From Prorocentrum cordatum (lineage: Eukaryota), in assembly GCA_963575745.1 (NCBI GenBank), contig CAUYUJ010000201.1, forward strand, positions 1 to 64,000: 64,000 nt of DNA. Direction: 5' to 3'. A program made the translations under genes and the position numbers. The notes beneath the pieces are model-generated. The model had not been told where the DNA came from. It did no database searches and saw nothing but the letters and a program-made list of their open reading frames with translations. Of this stretch, positions 1 to 15,320 are shown one piece after another. Position 1 is the first letter of the stretch; every line of letters begins with the position of its first letter.

Positions 1-29
1 TACTACTACTACTACTACTACACTACTAT

Positions 30-107
<78 letters not shown>

Positions 108-996
108 CACCACCACCACTCTGTGTCAATCCTCGCTCATCCGCACCCGCCCCCACACACACACACGCACAGCGTCGCCTGCCACACGCTTCCTTACTCT
201 CATTGTTCCTCGTTTCCCCATCATCCTCATCCTCTCCAACCCCGCTCCTAATTCGCTCCAGCCACACCACTGATGGTCGCCAGTCCCTTTCCTCATTCCG
301 AATCCTCCTCCACGACCGTAATCATTGGGGTTCAGGCATGTTGCAAAACCTTCGCCCGCGGCCGCTTGGCTGCTGCTGCCTGGTCCGGGATATGAGATGT
401 TGATCGGTTCCGCCTTCGCCGTGTGAGAATGCTGGCGCTGGGTTTCGTCGACCCCGCTTCTGAGACAGAGCCGCTAGCGGTCCCTCGTCGCTTGGCCTGT
501 TGTGTTCGGGCGATGCTGCAGTCCCTGGAGCTGCGCGACATCCACAGTCAGCAAGCAGCGATGCAAGCCTTCACGCTGGGCGTGGTCCTGACGCACTTCG
601 TGGCGCACTTCGACTCCATCGTGAAGCGAAGCGTGCCAAGTATCAGTGGCAGGGACGCGCTCTCGGGGTCCGTGCTGCCGTGGCGATCGTGCCGTTGAAT
701 CTGGCCGACCTCTTACCGCTTCCTGCGGGGGGGGGTCGGCTGCGGTGTATGAGTACTACCCGTATCATGCATCTTACCATGAGTAGTAACATTATGATTC
801 AATGATTCATAAGTTTGAAAACTAATATTGGTATACGTGTGCTTATAAAGATTGGTATGATTTGTACTACGAGTAGTATTAATAAAGGTATTATCATTAC
901 GAGTGTTGGCAGTATGTGTTGTTACGACTGGTACTATTAATGGCGCGTTCTATCCGCATGAGAGATAGCGATATTACGCTTCCCACGACGATTACA

Positions 997-2070
<1,074 letters not shown>

Positions 2071-3585
2071 CTATCTGCACTACTAGTCTTAATCTTTGTA
2101 CGAGGATCAATTTCGTAAACATGGTTCATATTGCAATATAATTACAAACGGGATTAATACTAGTATTCGTATTGTTGTTGGTGATCGTACTATGATTGTT
2201 GGGGTTCGTCCTGGTCCCGGGTGTCGTTCCCTCCTCTGCCCTCTGCTGCCGCTGCTTTTCCGGGTCGTCCACCTTGTAGGCCCCTTGGCGGGGTCGGGCA
2301 TGACCGATCAGATTTATACACAATCCCATCTGGAGCTGGAATGCGATTGTACATACACTCGATCTGCAACCGATGCGCCGTCTAGGCACAGTTCCTGACT
2401 GTCTGTACGATTCTCCATATTATTAATAGTATTCTGCAATGTTATTCGTAACGTTCTTTTTCCCAATACTACTACTATTATTCGGCGCCTTCAATCGGCC
2501 TCTGCACTGCCGCTTGGCTTCGCCAGGGAAGTGACGTTTCTGTTCGTGCTGAGTTCCCTCGGGAGCCGCTCCGCGCTGAGAGGCTTACCGGCCCCCCGCC
2601 CAGCGCTGGCGGCGCTTCTGGGGGGGGGGCGGGGCGGCGCCGCCCCTGGCCTTGCGGGGGTTGTTTACCATGTTCATCCTGCCTTTTCTCCAACCTGCGG
2701 CGCGGCGGGTCGTAACCTGGCCGCGCGGATGGAAGAGGGGCCGCCGCGGAGGAGGGTTTTGGCGGCGGAGAGACTGTGATCCGCGACGCGGGCCTGAAGC
2801 AGCGGGAAGCCGTCCTCGAGTCTGGCTGGCTCGATCCTGGCGATCCCGAGTGCGTTCTCTGCAGCGGCACCCTCGCCCGCGGATGCCGCGGCTGAGAGCG
2901 CCGCGCATGCAAATATTGCGGTGCTCCCATTTTGCGCGGCACGGAGGTTCACCGTCGCCCGCGCTGCTGCGGCACTCGGCGGCATTCGTGCATGGACCAT
3001 TTATTATTCGAGGAATGGGATAGCCAGGAGGACGAGCCTGGTGCGCGACGTTAGGCGGGTCGGGGGCGCCGTGGGCGGGCCCCCCATCATCTTCGCGATG
3101 CCTCGCATTGTTCAGCCAGGTGTGCGTCCAGTTCAGAGTTCTGTACATGTGCGTGGCGCTCTACGTTCCCTTTCCTCACAGCGGGCCACTCAGGCCCTGG
3201 ACAGCCTCGCCCACTGCCCGGGAGCCTGCCAGGGCTGCATGCGTTAATGTTGATCGTGCTTCTTACATGGCTTTTAAACAGAATGAGGGCTTGCACGAGG
3301 CCCCTCTGGGTCTGATCATCCCCCGGGTTGGCTAGCCTTCGCGCGGCGGGTCCGCGGAACGTCGCCCCGCGGCCTCCGCCGCCGTCGCCGCCCCCCAACG
3401 CCCGCGAACCCCAGGGACAGGCCGAGGGCGAGGAGAAGGCCCAGCACCGCCGCCGCGCCGATCACGTGGGGCAGGCACGGGCCGCCCAGCGGGAGGCCCG
3501 CCTGCAGCAGCGGTCAACCTCAAAATCGCGGATCATGTCGTACGGTCCATTCCTGGCGGTGCCGCCTGGCCCTGCTGCGCTGCCC

Positions 3586-4340
3586 TCAGCGGCCGAGCCA
3601 CTCCTGGAGGTCGCGAAAAAGGCCGCCGGGCGGAGCCGCTCTCGTCAGCCTCACGCCCTGCAGCTTCAGGATGCCCTCCGCCACCGTCTCGCGGTCGGCT
3701 TCGCTGGCCCATGCCATCTTGACTTTGACGCACTTCTGGTCGTAATTAGCACGGCTGGATCTTGAAGTGCTTGCACAGCTGCGACGCGGACTGGGCGTTG
3801 CCGCTCAAGCGAGCGCAGAGTTCCACCAGCTTTTCCCTCTTCGCCCTCTCGTCGTCGACCAGGGCCCAGATCCGCCTCCACGATGCACGGGAAGGGGGGC
3901 CCATGTTGTGGACCGAAGGGCTCTTGCCCTTGCAGGCCGCGCTGTAAGCCTGGCCCGCGTCGCGGGCTGCCGCCGCCATCGCGATCGCCGCCAGCATCTC
4001 GAAGGCGTAGAACGCCGCCGCCCCCAAGCCCCCCAGGGCGATGTCGCGCGCGGGAGCACGAGCCGCGCCAGGTGCTAAGCCGTCTCCTCGAGGTCCCCCT
4101 GCCGTCGGCGCGCAGCCGCCGCGCCCCGCCGAGGCTGGCGCGCCGCAGGCGGCGGCATGCACTCGCCCTCCTCGCCCCCGCCCTCGCCCTGCACCGCGCG
4201 GAGGCGGCGACGTTGCTGGCGAGGCTCACCCCCGCGACCGCGACCAGCTCCACCGGGGCTCCCCCGAACGCGGCGGGCCCGCCGCCAGGGGCCGCCGCGG
4301 CGGGGGCCGGCACTGCCCATGCGGGCGCTGCGACTGCCAT
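3586..4340 (-). pseudogene. Probable non-LTR retrotransposon ORF1 remnant (frameshifted)
   Basis: Pieces read ...GQAYSAACKGKSPSVHNMGPPS...CKHFKIQPC/YDQKCVKVKMAW...APPGGLFRDLQEWLGR*. This resembles dinoflagellate LINE ORF1 (H-x-x-GPP and APPG-x-L-x-R-x-LQ), from recall only. Confidence 0.42.
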
Positions 4341-4669
4341 GGCGGACGGCTGCAGAGCTTCGCCGAGGCTGGGTGCAGCGCAGGGATGGCCGGACGCCAG
4401 TGAAGTGCCGTTTGAAGAAATGGCTACATTGCGACTCCAACGTCAACGAAACGCACGCACACAGCGGGCACTCGATGGAAGCGGGCAAAGCCAAAACCGC
4501 CCCGCCGAACTACAAGCCAGCTCGACAGCATCCAAGTGCAAGGGCGAAGCGCGCGCGCTGGGTACTGCGAAGAACCGCCCCGCAGAAGCCGCACTGGCTC
4601 GTCAAACAGAACGCCCCCTCCACACTACGGTAGCTGCGATCGCGCACGCGATGCGCCGTGAGGACTCTT

Positions 4670-5165
4670 TCTGATGATAACACTGCCGGGCACTGGACCC
4701 CCTCGACCAACTCAGGGCACGCGCACGAGAACCAATCCAAGTCGACATACGCGGGAGGCGCACGCGCGGACCGAAACAAACCGTCAGGGCGGATCGTCCA
4801 CCAGCGGCGCTGCACCTGGGGGGCCACCGGCGCCTGCGGTGGGTAAGCCGCCGCCCAGCTCCAGACCCGCAGGATGCGGGGGTCCAGCGAGAGCACCCCC
4901 TGCACGAACTCCGAGTCCTCGAGAAGGAGCCCGAGGACGGCGGCCCCATTACTCCAGCAGCTCCTCCCGCTCCTCGCACACCACGAGAGCCTCAAGTCGC
5001 TGACGGAGAAGTGCGCCAGCGGGGGCGCATGCTGCGAAAGGAGCCCGTCCGCCCCGATGGCCTGGCCACGGGCGAGGGGCAGGGAGCCGAAGACGGCCGT
5101 CAGCGGCACCTCGTGCTCGCACGGCCGCCGCAGCATCCGGAAGAGGAGCCCGAGGCGCAATGCGC
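4670..5165 (-). pseudogene. Decayed coding fragment, possibly the C-terminus of a LINE ORF2
   Basis: Protein-like Trp-rich stretch (LDPRILRVWSW...RRWWTIRPDGLF...YVDLDWF) directly upstream of the ORF1 remnant. Confidence 0.28.
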
Positions 5166-5189
5166 AACGATGCTGTCCCCCCAGCAGCC

Positions 5190-5670
5190 CTCGAAAGTGA
5201 CGACGGCTTCGCAATCAGCAGCCCCACTGGGATGGCGAGGTCTAGTCTGAATCTGCGGCGGGTGCCCGCCATGCTGCTGCCACCCCCCCCCCCCAGGCAG
5301 CCCTTGAAAGTGGCGACAGATTCGCAAATCGAAGCTCCCAAGGAATGGCGAGGCCTACTCTGAAACTGCGGCGTGTCCCAACTATGCTGCCCCCCCGCAG
5401 CCCTCGAACGGGGCGACGGTTTCGCAGATCGCAGCCCCCCAGGGATGGCAAGGTCTAACGTTTTTTGTTATACGGCGAGTACCCACCATGCTGCCCCCAC
5501 CCCTCCCCGCAGCCATCGAACGTGGCGACAGTCTCGCAGATGACCGCCGCCCCCCATGGATGCCGAGGCCGAATCTGAATCTGCGGCGAGCACCTTCTAG
5601 GTTGCCCCCCCCCCCTCCCCGCGCCAGCCCTCGAAATTGGCGACAGCGTCGCAGTTCGCAGCCCACCGGC
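5190..5670. repeat. About 115-120-bp tandem repeat, about 4 copies
   Basis: ccctcgaaa..ggcgaca...tcgca...ggatggcgagg...tgaatctgcggcg recurs. Confidence 0.8.
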
Positions 5671-6269
5671 GACGGCGAGGAGGCGGGGCAGCAGGCAAGT
5701 GGGAGGCAGGGCAGAAGACGGGCAGGAGGCAGGGCAGGAAGCAGACAAGGTGGGAGGTGGGAGGAGGAGCGTGCAGCCGCAGTGCTCTGCTCAAAACGAA
5801 AGCCCAACGCAGGAGGGTTGGGAACGGATCGTGCTGCTCCACGTGCCCAGGAGCGTCCCCTGTTAGACAGCGCCTCTTCCCGTGCGCACGACTAGAATGC
5901 GCTGGTGCTAGGCGTGCCCGTCTCCTGCGCAGGCCAACTCTGCTGGCACAACACCCTCTATCAGACACCCCTTCCCCAAGCTGGCTTCCGCTAGTTCTGT
6001 GGTGCTAAACGTGCCCCTACCCCTGCAGCACCCTATGTGAACAAGAGAAGGAACGAGGAAGTGGAGGAGAAAAATGAGCGAGGATGAAGGGGAAGAGAGG
6101 AAGGGAGGAGAGTGGAAGGACCAAGCAAGGTCAGACCAAAGCTTGCACGCACTTCAAAGATCCTCAAAATTATGTAGGTTCCAATAGGGTTCCGAGAATA
6201 GGACCCAATAGGGTTCCCATAGGATCCCAACAGGATCCGAATAGGATCCCAAGTTGATTATTCAGACTT

Positions 6270-7470
6270 GTTCTTCAGTTCGGGTCGTCCTCGGTTTAGG
6301 TGATCCCTCGGTTAGGAGGGTTGTCTCGGATTGGGTGTGTTCATCGGGTTGCGTGTACTCCTAGGTTCTGGCTTTGTACCGCCGTCCCGGACATCGCCTG
6401 TTGCCGCCAGACCGTTGTCGCGCGGCCGCCGACCAAAAAGTGTATTCCTAGGTTCGGGTTGTGTACACTTCCTCGGTGTGTTTTTTCCTCGGCGTGCATT
6501 CGTGCACCTCGAACCTTCCAAACCCTGCAAGACCCCTAACGATTCCAACAGGAAGATACCAATAGGATCCAAATAGAATTCAAATAGGATTCCGAACGCT
6601 AATTCTTCAGTTTGAGTGTTCCTCGGTTTGGGTGGTTTCCTCGGTTCTTTATACTGTTCCTCGGTTTGGGATGTTTTCCCTCAGTTTGAGTGTTTCATCG
6701 GTTTGGGTTTGTTTCCTCGGCTTGCATGTTTCTGTGGTTTGGGTGGTTTCTTCAGTGTGGATGCGTTAATGGGTTTGGGTGTTCCTAAATGTGTTGTGTG
6801 TCAATATGTGTTTTGTTCCTCGGCGTGCCTTCGTTTCCTTCGAATTCCCCATACCCTTCAGGATCCCTAGCGATTCCAGTATTATGTTAGTATGATTCAA
6901 ACAGACATCCAGCGGGGCTATGTACGTTTGTTCTTCGATTGATGCTTCTTCGGTTTGGGTGTTTTCCGCTGTTCGTTTCGTATTGCCTCGGTGTTGCGTG
7001 CTCTTCCTCGGTGTAGGTTGTTCCTCGGTGCGGGTCGTTCTCCTCGGTTTGGGTTGTTTTCTTCGGTTTGGGTTGTTTTCCTCGGTTTGGGTTGTTCCTC
7101 GGTTTGGCTTGTTCCTCGGTTAAGGTGTTTCTTCGGTTTGGGCGATTCCTTGGCATGCTTTCGTCCCCCTCGAACCCTCAAAACCCTGCAAGACCACCAG
7201 CGATTCCAATAGGGTAATACGAACACCCAAACAGACTTCCAACAGGACTCCTTTGTTCTTCAGTTTAAATGTTCCTCGGTTTGGATGGTTTCTTCGATTC
7301 GTTTTGTTGTCCCTGGTTGGGGTTTGTGCTCATCGGTTTGAAAAGTTTATTCCTCGGTTTGGGTTGTTTTCCTCGGCGTGGGTGTTTTCCTCGGTTTGGG
7401 TGTTTTCCTCGGTATGGGTTGTTTCCCTCAGTTTGAGTTTTTCCTCGGTTTGTTGTCGACTTCCTCGGTT
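6270..7470. repeat. Degenerate about 18-bp minisatellite (ttcctcggtttgggttg) with higher-order units
   Basis: Seen directly. The spacer cgaacc..caaaccctgcaagacc...cgattcca recurs at about 6510, 6840 and 7170. Confidence 0.85.
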
Positions 7471-7602
7471 AAGGAGGAGCCACAAAGTGACGAGGGCAGG
7501 GAGGAGGGGGGCAGGGGAGGAAAGGAAGGGGGGGAGCAGGAGAAAGGGGAGGGGGGAGATGGAGAGGAGAACGCCCGCGGGGCCGGAGGAGGCGGGGAGC
7601 AC

Positions 7603-7685
7603 CGGGCAAGCGTGAAAGCAATCTCCGCGCGGTTGCCCAGCTGCTGCAGGCCGCTGACGTAGTTGATGAAGGACGCCTCGTTCAC
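7603..7685 (-). CDS. CHC: Clathrin heavy chain exon: VNEASFINYVSGLQQLGNRAEIAFTLAR
   Basis: 83 nt, acceptor GGCAG|GTG after a T-rich tract, donor CG|GT (phase 2). Matches the clathrin linker VNE-x-x-I-x-x-(V/I)...L-x-N-x-x-(L/I)A-x-x-LA-x-R. The next exon was not found in the window. Confidence 0.9.
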
Positions 7686-8273
7686 CTGCCACGAGGGCTG
7701 GGGAGAACAAAAAACAAAAACGGTGTCATGATGCGATCGGCTTAGGATACGACACAAGAATTCTGGACTACCCAGCGGCCCTCGAGGAACACACAGACGT
7801 CATGATATGATTGTCTCAGGATGCGCTCGAGGAACTCCTGCGTACCTAGCAGTTATCGTTTGTGGAGTCCGCAAGGACCGCTCGGAAATCCTGGAAATCC
7901 TGGAGCGTATCAATATCATGAGGTATTGCTCCTCTGAGGACAGGACAGGACAGCGGCCCGCGGGCTCCGCCTTCCCACGACAGAGCTCTGGGCCGAAACA
8001 ATGCTCAGCGCAGAGACACATCATGAGTGCGACGCTCGGCGTAGAATATTTCGGACGCTCTAGGAAACATCTGGCCCCTGCAACCTTGTCCTCATCATGA
8101 AACGCCTCCCTCCTCCTGCTCCTCCTCCTCTTGCTCCTCCTCCTCCTGCTCCTCATCCTCATCCTCCTCCTCCTCTCCTTCTCCTCCTCCTCCTCCTCCT
8201 CCTCCTCCTCCTCCTCCTCCTCCTCAATCTCATCCCTCCTTCTCCTCCCACTCCATTCCTCTTTCCTTCTAAA

Positions 8274-9295
8274 TCCGCCGACCCTGTCGGCGTGTGGAAG
8301 ACGCTCGTCTATTGGTCGCCGTCGTCATCGTCGTCGTCGTTTCGTCTCCGTCGTCTCCTCGTCGTCTCCGTCGTCGTCTCCGTCTCCGTCTTCTCCCCGT
8401 CATCTCTGTCAATCGTCGTCTCCATCGTCCCCCGTCTCCTTTCCGTGGGCCCTCCTCCTTAAACGCGCCAGCCAAACCGACATTGAGCAACGTCGTGACT
8501 GAGTCGAAAAGAAACCCCTTCCCTTTGGTCCCTTCCCCGCGGGGAGAGGGGTCCCGTGGATACCACCCGAGCGGTTCCAGGGCCCAGAAAAGCCCCAAGA
8601 CGCGGCAAGAGTGCCCCAAGAAGTCCCCAAGACGGACCTCGAAGGTCCTGAATCGCCGAATTGCCTCCAGACGGCTCAAGAGGTTTTCAAAACGCCCCAG
8701 GAAGTTTACACGAGCACTTCCACGAGGGCCCCGAGGGGCAAAAATCATAGATGTTCCTCAAGTGCTTGAAAGATGTTGGCGTTCTCATCTTGTCGGCTTC
8801 CAGACGCTCCAAGGCGGCCCCAAGAGACCCCCAAGATCGCCCCAAGGGACCTCCAAGAGGGCCCCAAAACGACCCAAGAGGGCCCCAAGACCGCCTAAGA
8901 GGCCTCCAAGACTGCCCAAGAAGCCCCCAAGACGGCCCCAGGGAGCCCAGACGGAGGAAGCGAACTGACATTACAAGCCCTCGGCCAGAGGCCCACAGAT
9001 GCCCCGAAGAAGCCCTCCAAGAGGCCCCCAGAGGCCCCCAAGAGACCCCAGGGAAGCCCGAAGAGGCCCCCACGAGGCTCCCATGAGGCCCCCAAGAGCC
9101 TCCCAAGAGGACCAAAACTATCCCCAAGAGGCCTCCGAGAGCGCTCGTCCTCGTAGTCGTCGTGGTCGTCGTCGTCATCGTTGTCGTCTTCTTCGCCGCC
9201 TCCGCCGCCGCCGCCGTCGGTGTCGTCCTTGTCGTCGTCGTCGTGGTCGTCGTTGTCGTCGTCGTCGCCGTCTCCGTCGTCGTCGTCGTCGTCCA

Positions 9296-9333
<38 letters not shown>

Positions 9334-9433
9334 GTGTCGTCGTCGTCATCGTCGTCGTCCTCGTCGTCGTCCTCGTCGTCGTCCTCGTCGTCGTTCAGGG
9401 TCGGCGGCACCGGCCGTACGGCCTCTCCGATAA
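8274..9433 (+). mobile_element. Helentron-like non-autonomous element, copy 1
   Basis: 5' subTIR ccgccgaccct (8275-8285) with adjacent IR gtcggcg. 3' subTIR agggtcggcgg (9397-9407) followed by palindrome ggccgtacggcc (9412-9423). The interior has ccccaaga-rich repeats and (GTC)n. Confidence 0.62.
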
Positions 9434-11159
9434 CTCCTCCCTGTCGCGCCTTGGGGCTGGTCGAAGGGGCGAGCCAGACGTGTCGCCTTAGGCCTCCTCA
9501 CCGTTTCTGATCCTGGAGCGTAGAATTTACAAGACTTTGGCGGGCGGGTCGTTTTCAAACTGTGGCTCTCGCCTTAGCGCCGCGCACACTCGTCTTAAAC
9601 GGCGTAAGAGCTTCACGAATGGAGGGCAAGTCGCTTTCAGAATGTGGCTCTCGCCTTGACGCCGCGCACATTCCGTCTTGATTATTTGCAAGAGGCGTCC
9701 GCAAGGTGTTCCCCTCCCACCGCTCCCCAACATCAATCCCACGCACCCCGATCCCTTCAAAGGCAAGGTTCCTCATCGAGGGCAGTTCATGCCCTTGCTG
9801 AGGGCAGCTAGTAAACAATCAAAATACTGGCATCCCTTTTTCTTCTCGTATTGCTGCTGAACAAGCGTGCGCCGCCTACGACGCGCCAAATGTGCGCCGG
9901 CATTGTCCTCTCCTCTTCCACCACCTCCACAACTGGTATGATTCGAGCGTAAGGCCGGCACAAGCATGGCTGGCCTGTATGTCATTGTACTCTAGCAGGG
10001 CTGCAGTCGGAGACAGGAGAATGGCGAGTGCAGACAGAACTTCAGCTCGCGCCCAACCCCCTCCAACATCACATCAACCCGACCCTCCCAAAGAGCACGT
10101 GTGGCCCTTAACGAAGGCCTATAGTCCACAGGCCCTGAGTTCTTGTGCCCTGAACTCGATTCGGGCCAATGTGCCGATGCCCGACGAGCTGGATTGAAAC
10201 GGTGCCGAAGCCGAGGGTCTCGGCGGTCAACACGCTCGCAGCGGTCGACATGCACGGTATGCTGCTGTCCACCTCCACCAACATCCGGTATTCTCATAAC
10301 AACCACCTCCACCTCTTCCACGCTGCCCTCACCGAGGGTCATGGGCATTGAAAATTATGCTTGTGTTAGTACTACAGAGTTGGCGGTCGACACGCCCAGT
10401 AATCCCTATCACAACGGCCTGGACTTGGGAACCAGTCGCTCCACTCTGCTTGCTCATCGAGTGGCGGCTCGAGCACGAGAGATTGGCGACCTACATGAAG
10501 TTGCGAGGTTGGCGGTCCGAGCTAAGGAGATTGGCGGCGTGATTTTCCTCCTAGAGCAGCACTCCTCCACCACAGCCTCACAACCTCCACAAAGGCCCTC
10601 ACCCCCCTCGCCCACACCGCCCCCTCTGCGCCTCGGGCGCCAGACTGGTGGCAGAAAAAAACGGCATCCCATACACGCAGAGCATCTGAGATATGCCGAC
10701 CAAGCCGACTCCATGGTCTGCAACCGGGGCCACGTGCCTCAAGGGCCCACCACCACGGCCAAGAATACGGAGGCGGAGGGGTCCGAGGAGTGGGCTACAC
10801 TCAGCCGCTGTTCGTCTCGGGAGCCGCTGCGCTCGAACATACGCCACAACGTCAAGGTGCTCGGCCCACAACAGGTTTCACAGGAAGCAACCGAACGCCC
10901 GCAATGACTGCCATCTTCTCCTCCTCCATCCTCCTCCCTTTTCATCATGCTCCTCTCCACCACCTCCCCATCCTCGGCAAGCGCCTTCCAGAGGTGTGAA
11001 CCTGGAGTCAGCGGGGTACGCGAACAGTGTAGGCCTGAAAATGCAGACTGGCCTTCTCCGAAGGCTTCCGACGACGCTGGACTCGCTACAGCCCCCCGCC
11101 CTACCCGCCACCCGCTCACGCACACAAGCCACGCACACACCGCACCACACACACACACA

Positions 11160-11250
<91 letters not shown>

Positions 11251-11504
11251 GCAGGCACATCCGTACCCGTCCCACAGCAGGGGGAGAGGAGAAGGGAGGC
11301 GAGAAGGGGAAATTATGTGCGGAGTGAAGAAGCGAAAATGAAAGAAAAAGAGAGAGTGTGTGTGTGTACATCAGAGTGAGGGGGCCGAACGGTCAATCAT
11401 TGTCCCTGGGTGTGTGGCTGAATAACGAATTCGTGGTGGGAATTCTGCTTGTTGCTTTGTTGTTGTTGTTGCTGGTGTTGTTGTTGTTGTTTGTTGTCGT
11501 CGTC

Positions 11505-12030
11505 CCACGCGCGACCCACCCGCGACCCACCCCGCGACCCACCCCGCGACCCACCCCGCGACCCACGCCGCGACCCACCCCGCGACCCACCCGCGACCCA
11601 CCCCGCGACCCACCCCGCGACCCATCCCGCGACCCACCCGCGACCCACCTGCGACCCACCCGCGACCCACCCCGCAACCTACCCGCAACCCACCCGCGAC
11701 CCATCTGCGACCCATCCGCGACCCACCCGCGACCCACCCCGCGACCCACCCGCTACCCACCCCGCGACCCACCCTCAAGGGAAGAAAAACCACCCGGACC
11801 CGACAATCGACGTTTACTAAACGACCCTCGGCGTTTACTAAATAGCACTGCCCTGTTCGATTCATTCCTTGCGTGCGTTTACTAGCCGGCTTCGCTTGCC
11901 AGGGTGATTATGATGGGGTGAATTGTCTGCCCTCTACACCCGCGACCCACCCGCGACCCAACAGCGACCCACCCGCGAACCACCCGCGACGCACCCGCGA
12001 CCCATTTGCGACCCACCCGCGACCTACCCA
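11505..12030. repeat. cgcgacccac minisatellite (reverse copy at 34125-34255)
   Basis: Seen directly. Confidence 0.9.
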
Positions 12031-12324
12031 CACTGGTTTAACGAAAAAATCGGCGCCTGCGGCGGGCTCGTTGCATGATTTGTGAAACTTTGGCGCCTGC
12101 GGCGGGCTTCTCCAGAGTCTCGCACACTGCCGACGTCCCCACCGCCCCCTCACTCTTATCCGCATCTGTACGCTGGGTACGGTCTCGTGTCCGCGGTCGG
12201 CCCACCTGAGGGCGACACGTTTGGCTCCAGGCCCGCTCAGGCTGTAAGCGTCCTACTCCTACTCCTGCTCACGTCCCTCCTCCTGGTTCCTGGTACCTTG
12301 TGTCATGAGTGTCTTCGGAGGTTG

Positions 12325-12613
12325 GCATCCTCCCTCCCTCCTCCTCCTCCTCTTCCTCCTCCTCCTCCTTCTCCTCCTCCTCCTCCTCCTCCTGTCACTC
12401 CTCCTCCTCCTCCTCCTCCTCTCCTCCTCCTCTCCTCCTCCTCCTCCTCCTCCTCCTCTCCTCCTCCTCCTACTCCTCTCACTCCTCCTCCTCCTCCTCC
12501 TCCTCCTCCTCCTCCTCCTCCTCCTCCTCCTCCTCCTCCACCCTCCGCCTCCTGCTCCTCTTCCTCCTCCTCCCTATTACTCGACCTTACCAGATAATGG
12601 TCATCACCACTAC

Positions 12614-12678
<65 letters not shown>

Positions 12679-12754
12679 GCATCATCATCATCAGCAGCAT
12701 CATCATCAGCAACATCATCATCATCAGCAGCAGCATCACCAGCATCAGCATCAG

Positions 12755-12800
<46 letters not shown>

Positions 12801-14286
12801 GTCATCACCATCTTCATCCTCACCATCATCACCACCACTACCAGCATGATCGTCATCATGATCCTCATCAGCAGCAGCAGCAGCAGCCTCGTCATACTCC
12901 TAAACACCATCACTATCATCATCATCATCATCATCACCACCACCATCATCATCATCATCATCGCCATCAGCATCATCATCCTCCTCATCATCACACATGC
13001 ACAGTAGCATCGTCAGCACTGGTATCACTTCACTCGCATCAGCACCAACATCGTCAATATCATCGTCCTGGTCATCATACTCCTCATCACCATCACCACC
13101 ACCACCACCATCATCAGCAGCAGCATCACCATCAGAATCATCATCATCCACATCATCATCATCACCACATACACAGCAGCATCGCCATCATTCATATGAT
13201 TACCACTCGCATTAGCACCATCAGGTCAGCCTCATCCCCGTACTCATCAGCATCGTCATAATCATCGACATCAGAATCAGCATCATCGTCATCGTTATCG
13301 TCATCGTCAACATCCTCAGCCTCAGCATCATCATCACCGGCAGCATCATCAGCATCATCATCATAGTTGACATAATCGTCCGCACATTCATTACCACCAA
13401 AACCATCGTAGCCGTCACCACACTAATCATCACCATCATCAGCAACATCATCACGATCACAGCATCGTTATTGTCATCATCATCGTCATCAGTATCAGCA
13501 TCATCACATTCAGCATCATCATCATCGGAATCCGAATCAGCATCGTAATCATCGTTATCGGTACCATGACCACTACCAATCGTCGTTCTCATCAGCATCA
13601 GCAGCAGCATCAGCATAAGCAGCATCATGGTCAGCAACTGCAACAGCATCATCACCATAATAACATCGCCCGCATCATCATCAGCATCAGCATCACCATC
13701 AACATCATAATCAACAGCAACGTCAGCATGACCACCACCATGAGCATCATGATACTCGTCAGCATCAGCATCAGCATCATCGTCAGCATCATCAACACCC
13801 TCATCAGCATCACCGTTCAGCATCATCATCAGCATCATCGCCACCAACATCACCATCATCATCATCAGCATCGACACCATCAGTGGAATCATCCAAATCC
13901 GCTCATCTCTCCTTGCCTTCGTTATTCCCCCTCCTCGCCCGCATCACCCTTCTCCGTCTTCTCCTTCGCCTCCTCCTCATCGTCATCGTCGTCGTCATCA
14001 CCATCAGCATCAGCATCAGCATCATTATCATAATCATCAGCATCATCATCAGAACCGCCGACGTCGTCGTCGTCATCATCACCAACAACAGCATCATCAT
14101 CAGAACCATCATCAGCATCATAATCATGACCATCACCATCACCATCACCATCACCATCAACATCACCATCATCATCATCATCATCATAATCATCATCATC
14201 ATCATCATCATCAGGATCATCACCTTCATCGGCATCGTCAACATCATCATCACCGCCAACACCATCACCAGCATCATCTCCACCGT

Positions 14287-14333
<47 letters not shown>

Positions 14334-14754
14334 GCACCACCATCATAATCACCATCATAGTCAGCATCCTCACCATCGTCAGCAGCAGCATTATGGTCAT
14401 CGTCATCGTCATCGTCAACATCCTCAGCCTCAGCATCATCTTCCTCAATCCTCACCATCGGCATCAACATCAGCAGCATCATCAGCAGCATCATTAGCAT
14501 CATCATCATCGAAATAAATGTCAACAGCATTGACATTATCATCGTCATCATCATCACCATCAACATCATCAGCATCAGCATCATCATAACAGTCATCATG
14601 ATCATCATAGTCATCATCATCACCATCAGCATCATAATAGTCATCATCAGCATCATACTCACCACCATCACAATCATCAGCAGCAGCAGCATCAGCAGCA
14701 TCATCATCATCATAGTCATCATCATCATCATCATCCTCCTCCTCCTCCTCCTCC

Positions 14755-14787
<33 letters not shown>

Positions 14788-15320
14788 GTATCATCATCAG
14801 TATCCGCCTCCCTCTCATGTCTTCATCCTTCCAACTCCTCCTCCTCCGTCTCCTCTTCCTCCTCCGTCTCCTCTTCCTCCTCATCCTCCTCCTCCTCCTG
14901 TTACTCCTCACCCTCATCCTAAGCCTCCTCCTCCTCCAACTCCTCCCCATCCTTTCTCCCCGCTCTTCTCCCCTCCCTTTTCTCCCCGCTCTTCTCCCAA
15001 AGGCCGCCGACGAGCGGCCACCCCTCCGCCCTCGCGACCGTGAGAACGAGGAGAAAGAGAGGGGGGAGGAGGGAGGAGGGAGGAGGAAGGGAGGGAGGGA
15101 GCGAGGGAGAGAAGGAGGGAGGGCGGAAGGGAGGGAGAGAGGGAGGGGAGGGAGGGAGGGAGGGAGGAGGATGAGGAGAAGGAGGAGGAGAACGAGGAGG
15201 AGGAGGGGGAAGAGGAGGAAGAGAAGGAGGAGGAGGAGGAGGAGGAGGAGGAGGAGAAGAACGAGGAGGAAGGAGGGAGAAGCGAGGGGGAAGGAAGGTG
15301 GAGGGAGAAAGAGGAAGTAG
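12325..15320. repeat. Compound microsatellite block: (CCT)n, about 2.2 kb degenerate (CAT)n, then (CCT)n/(GGA)n
   Basis: Seen directly. A similar (CAT)n block lies at 18265-19105. Confidence 0.95.

Noticed and set aside
500..660. Exon-like plus-strand stretch (SLELRDIHSQQAAMQAFTLGVVLTHFVAHFDSIVK)
   Set aside because: It has coding-like codon bias but no recognisable homology or partner exons.
2225..2290. Exon-like minus-strand stretch GAYKVDDPEKQRQQRAEE
   Set aside because: It does not match the expected next clathrin residues (LPGA-like) and is too short to call.
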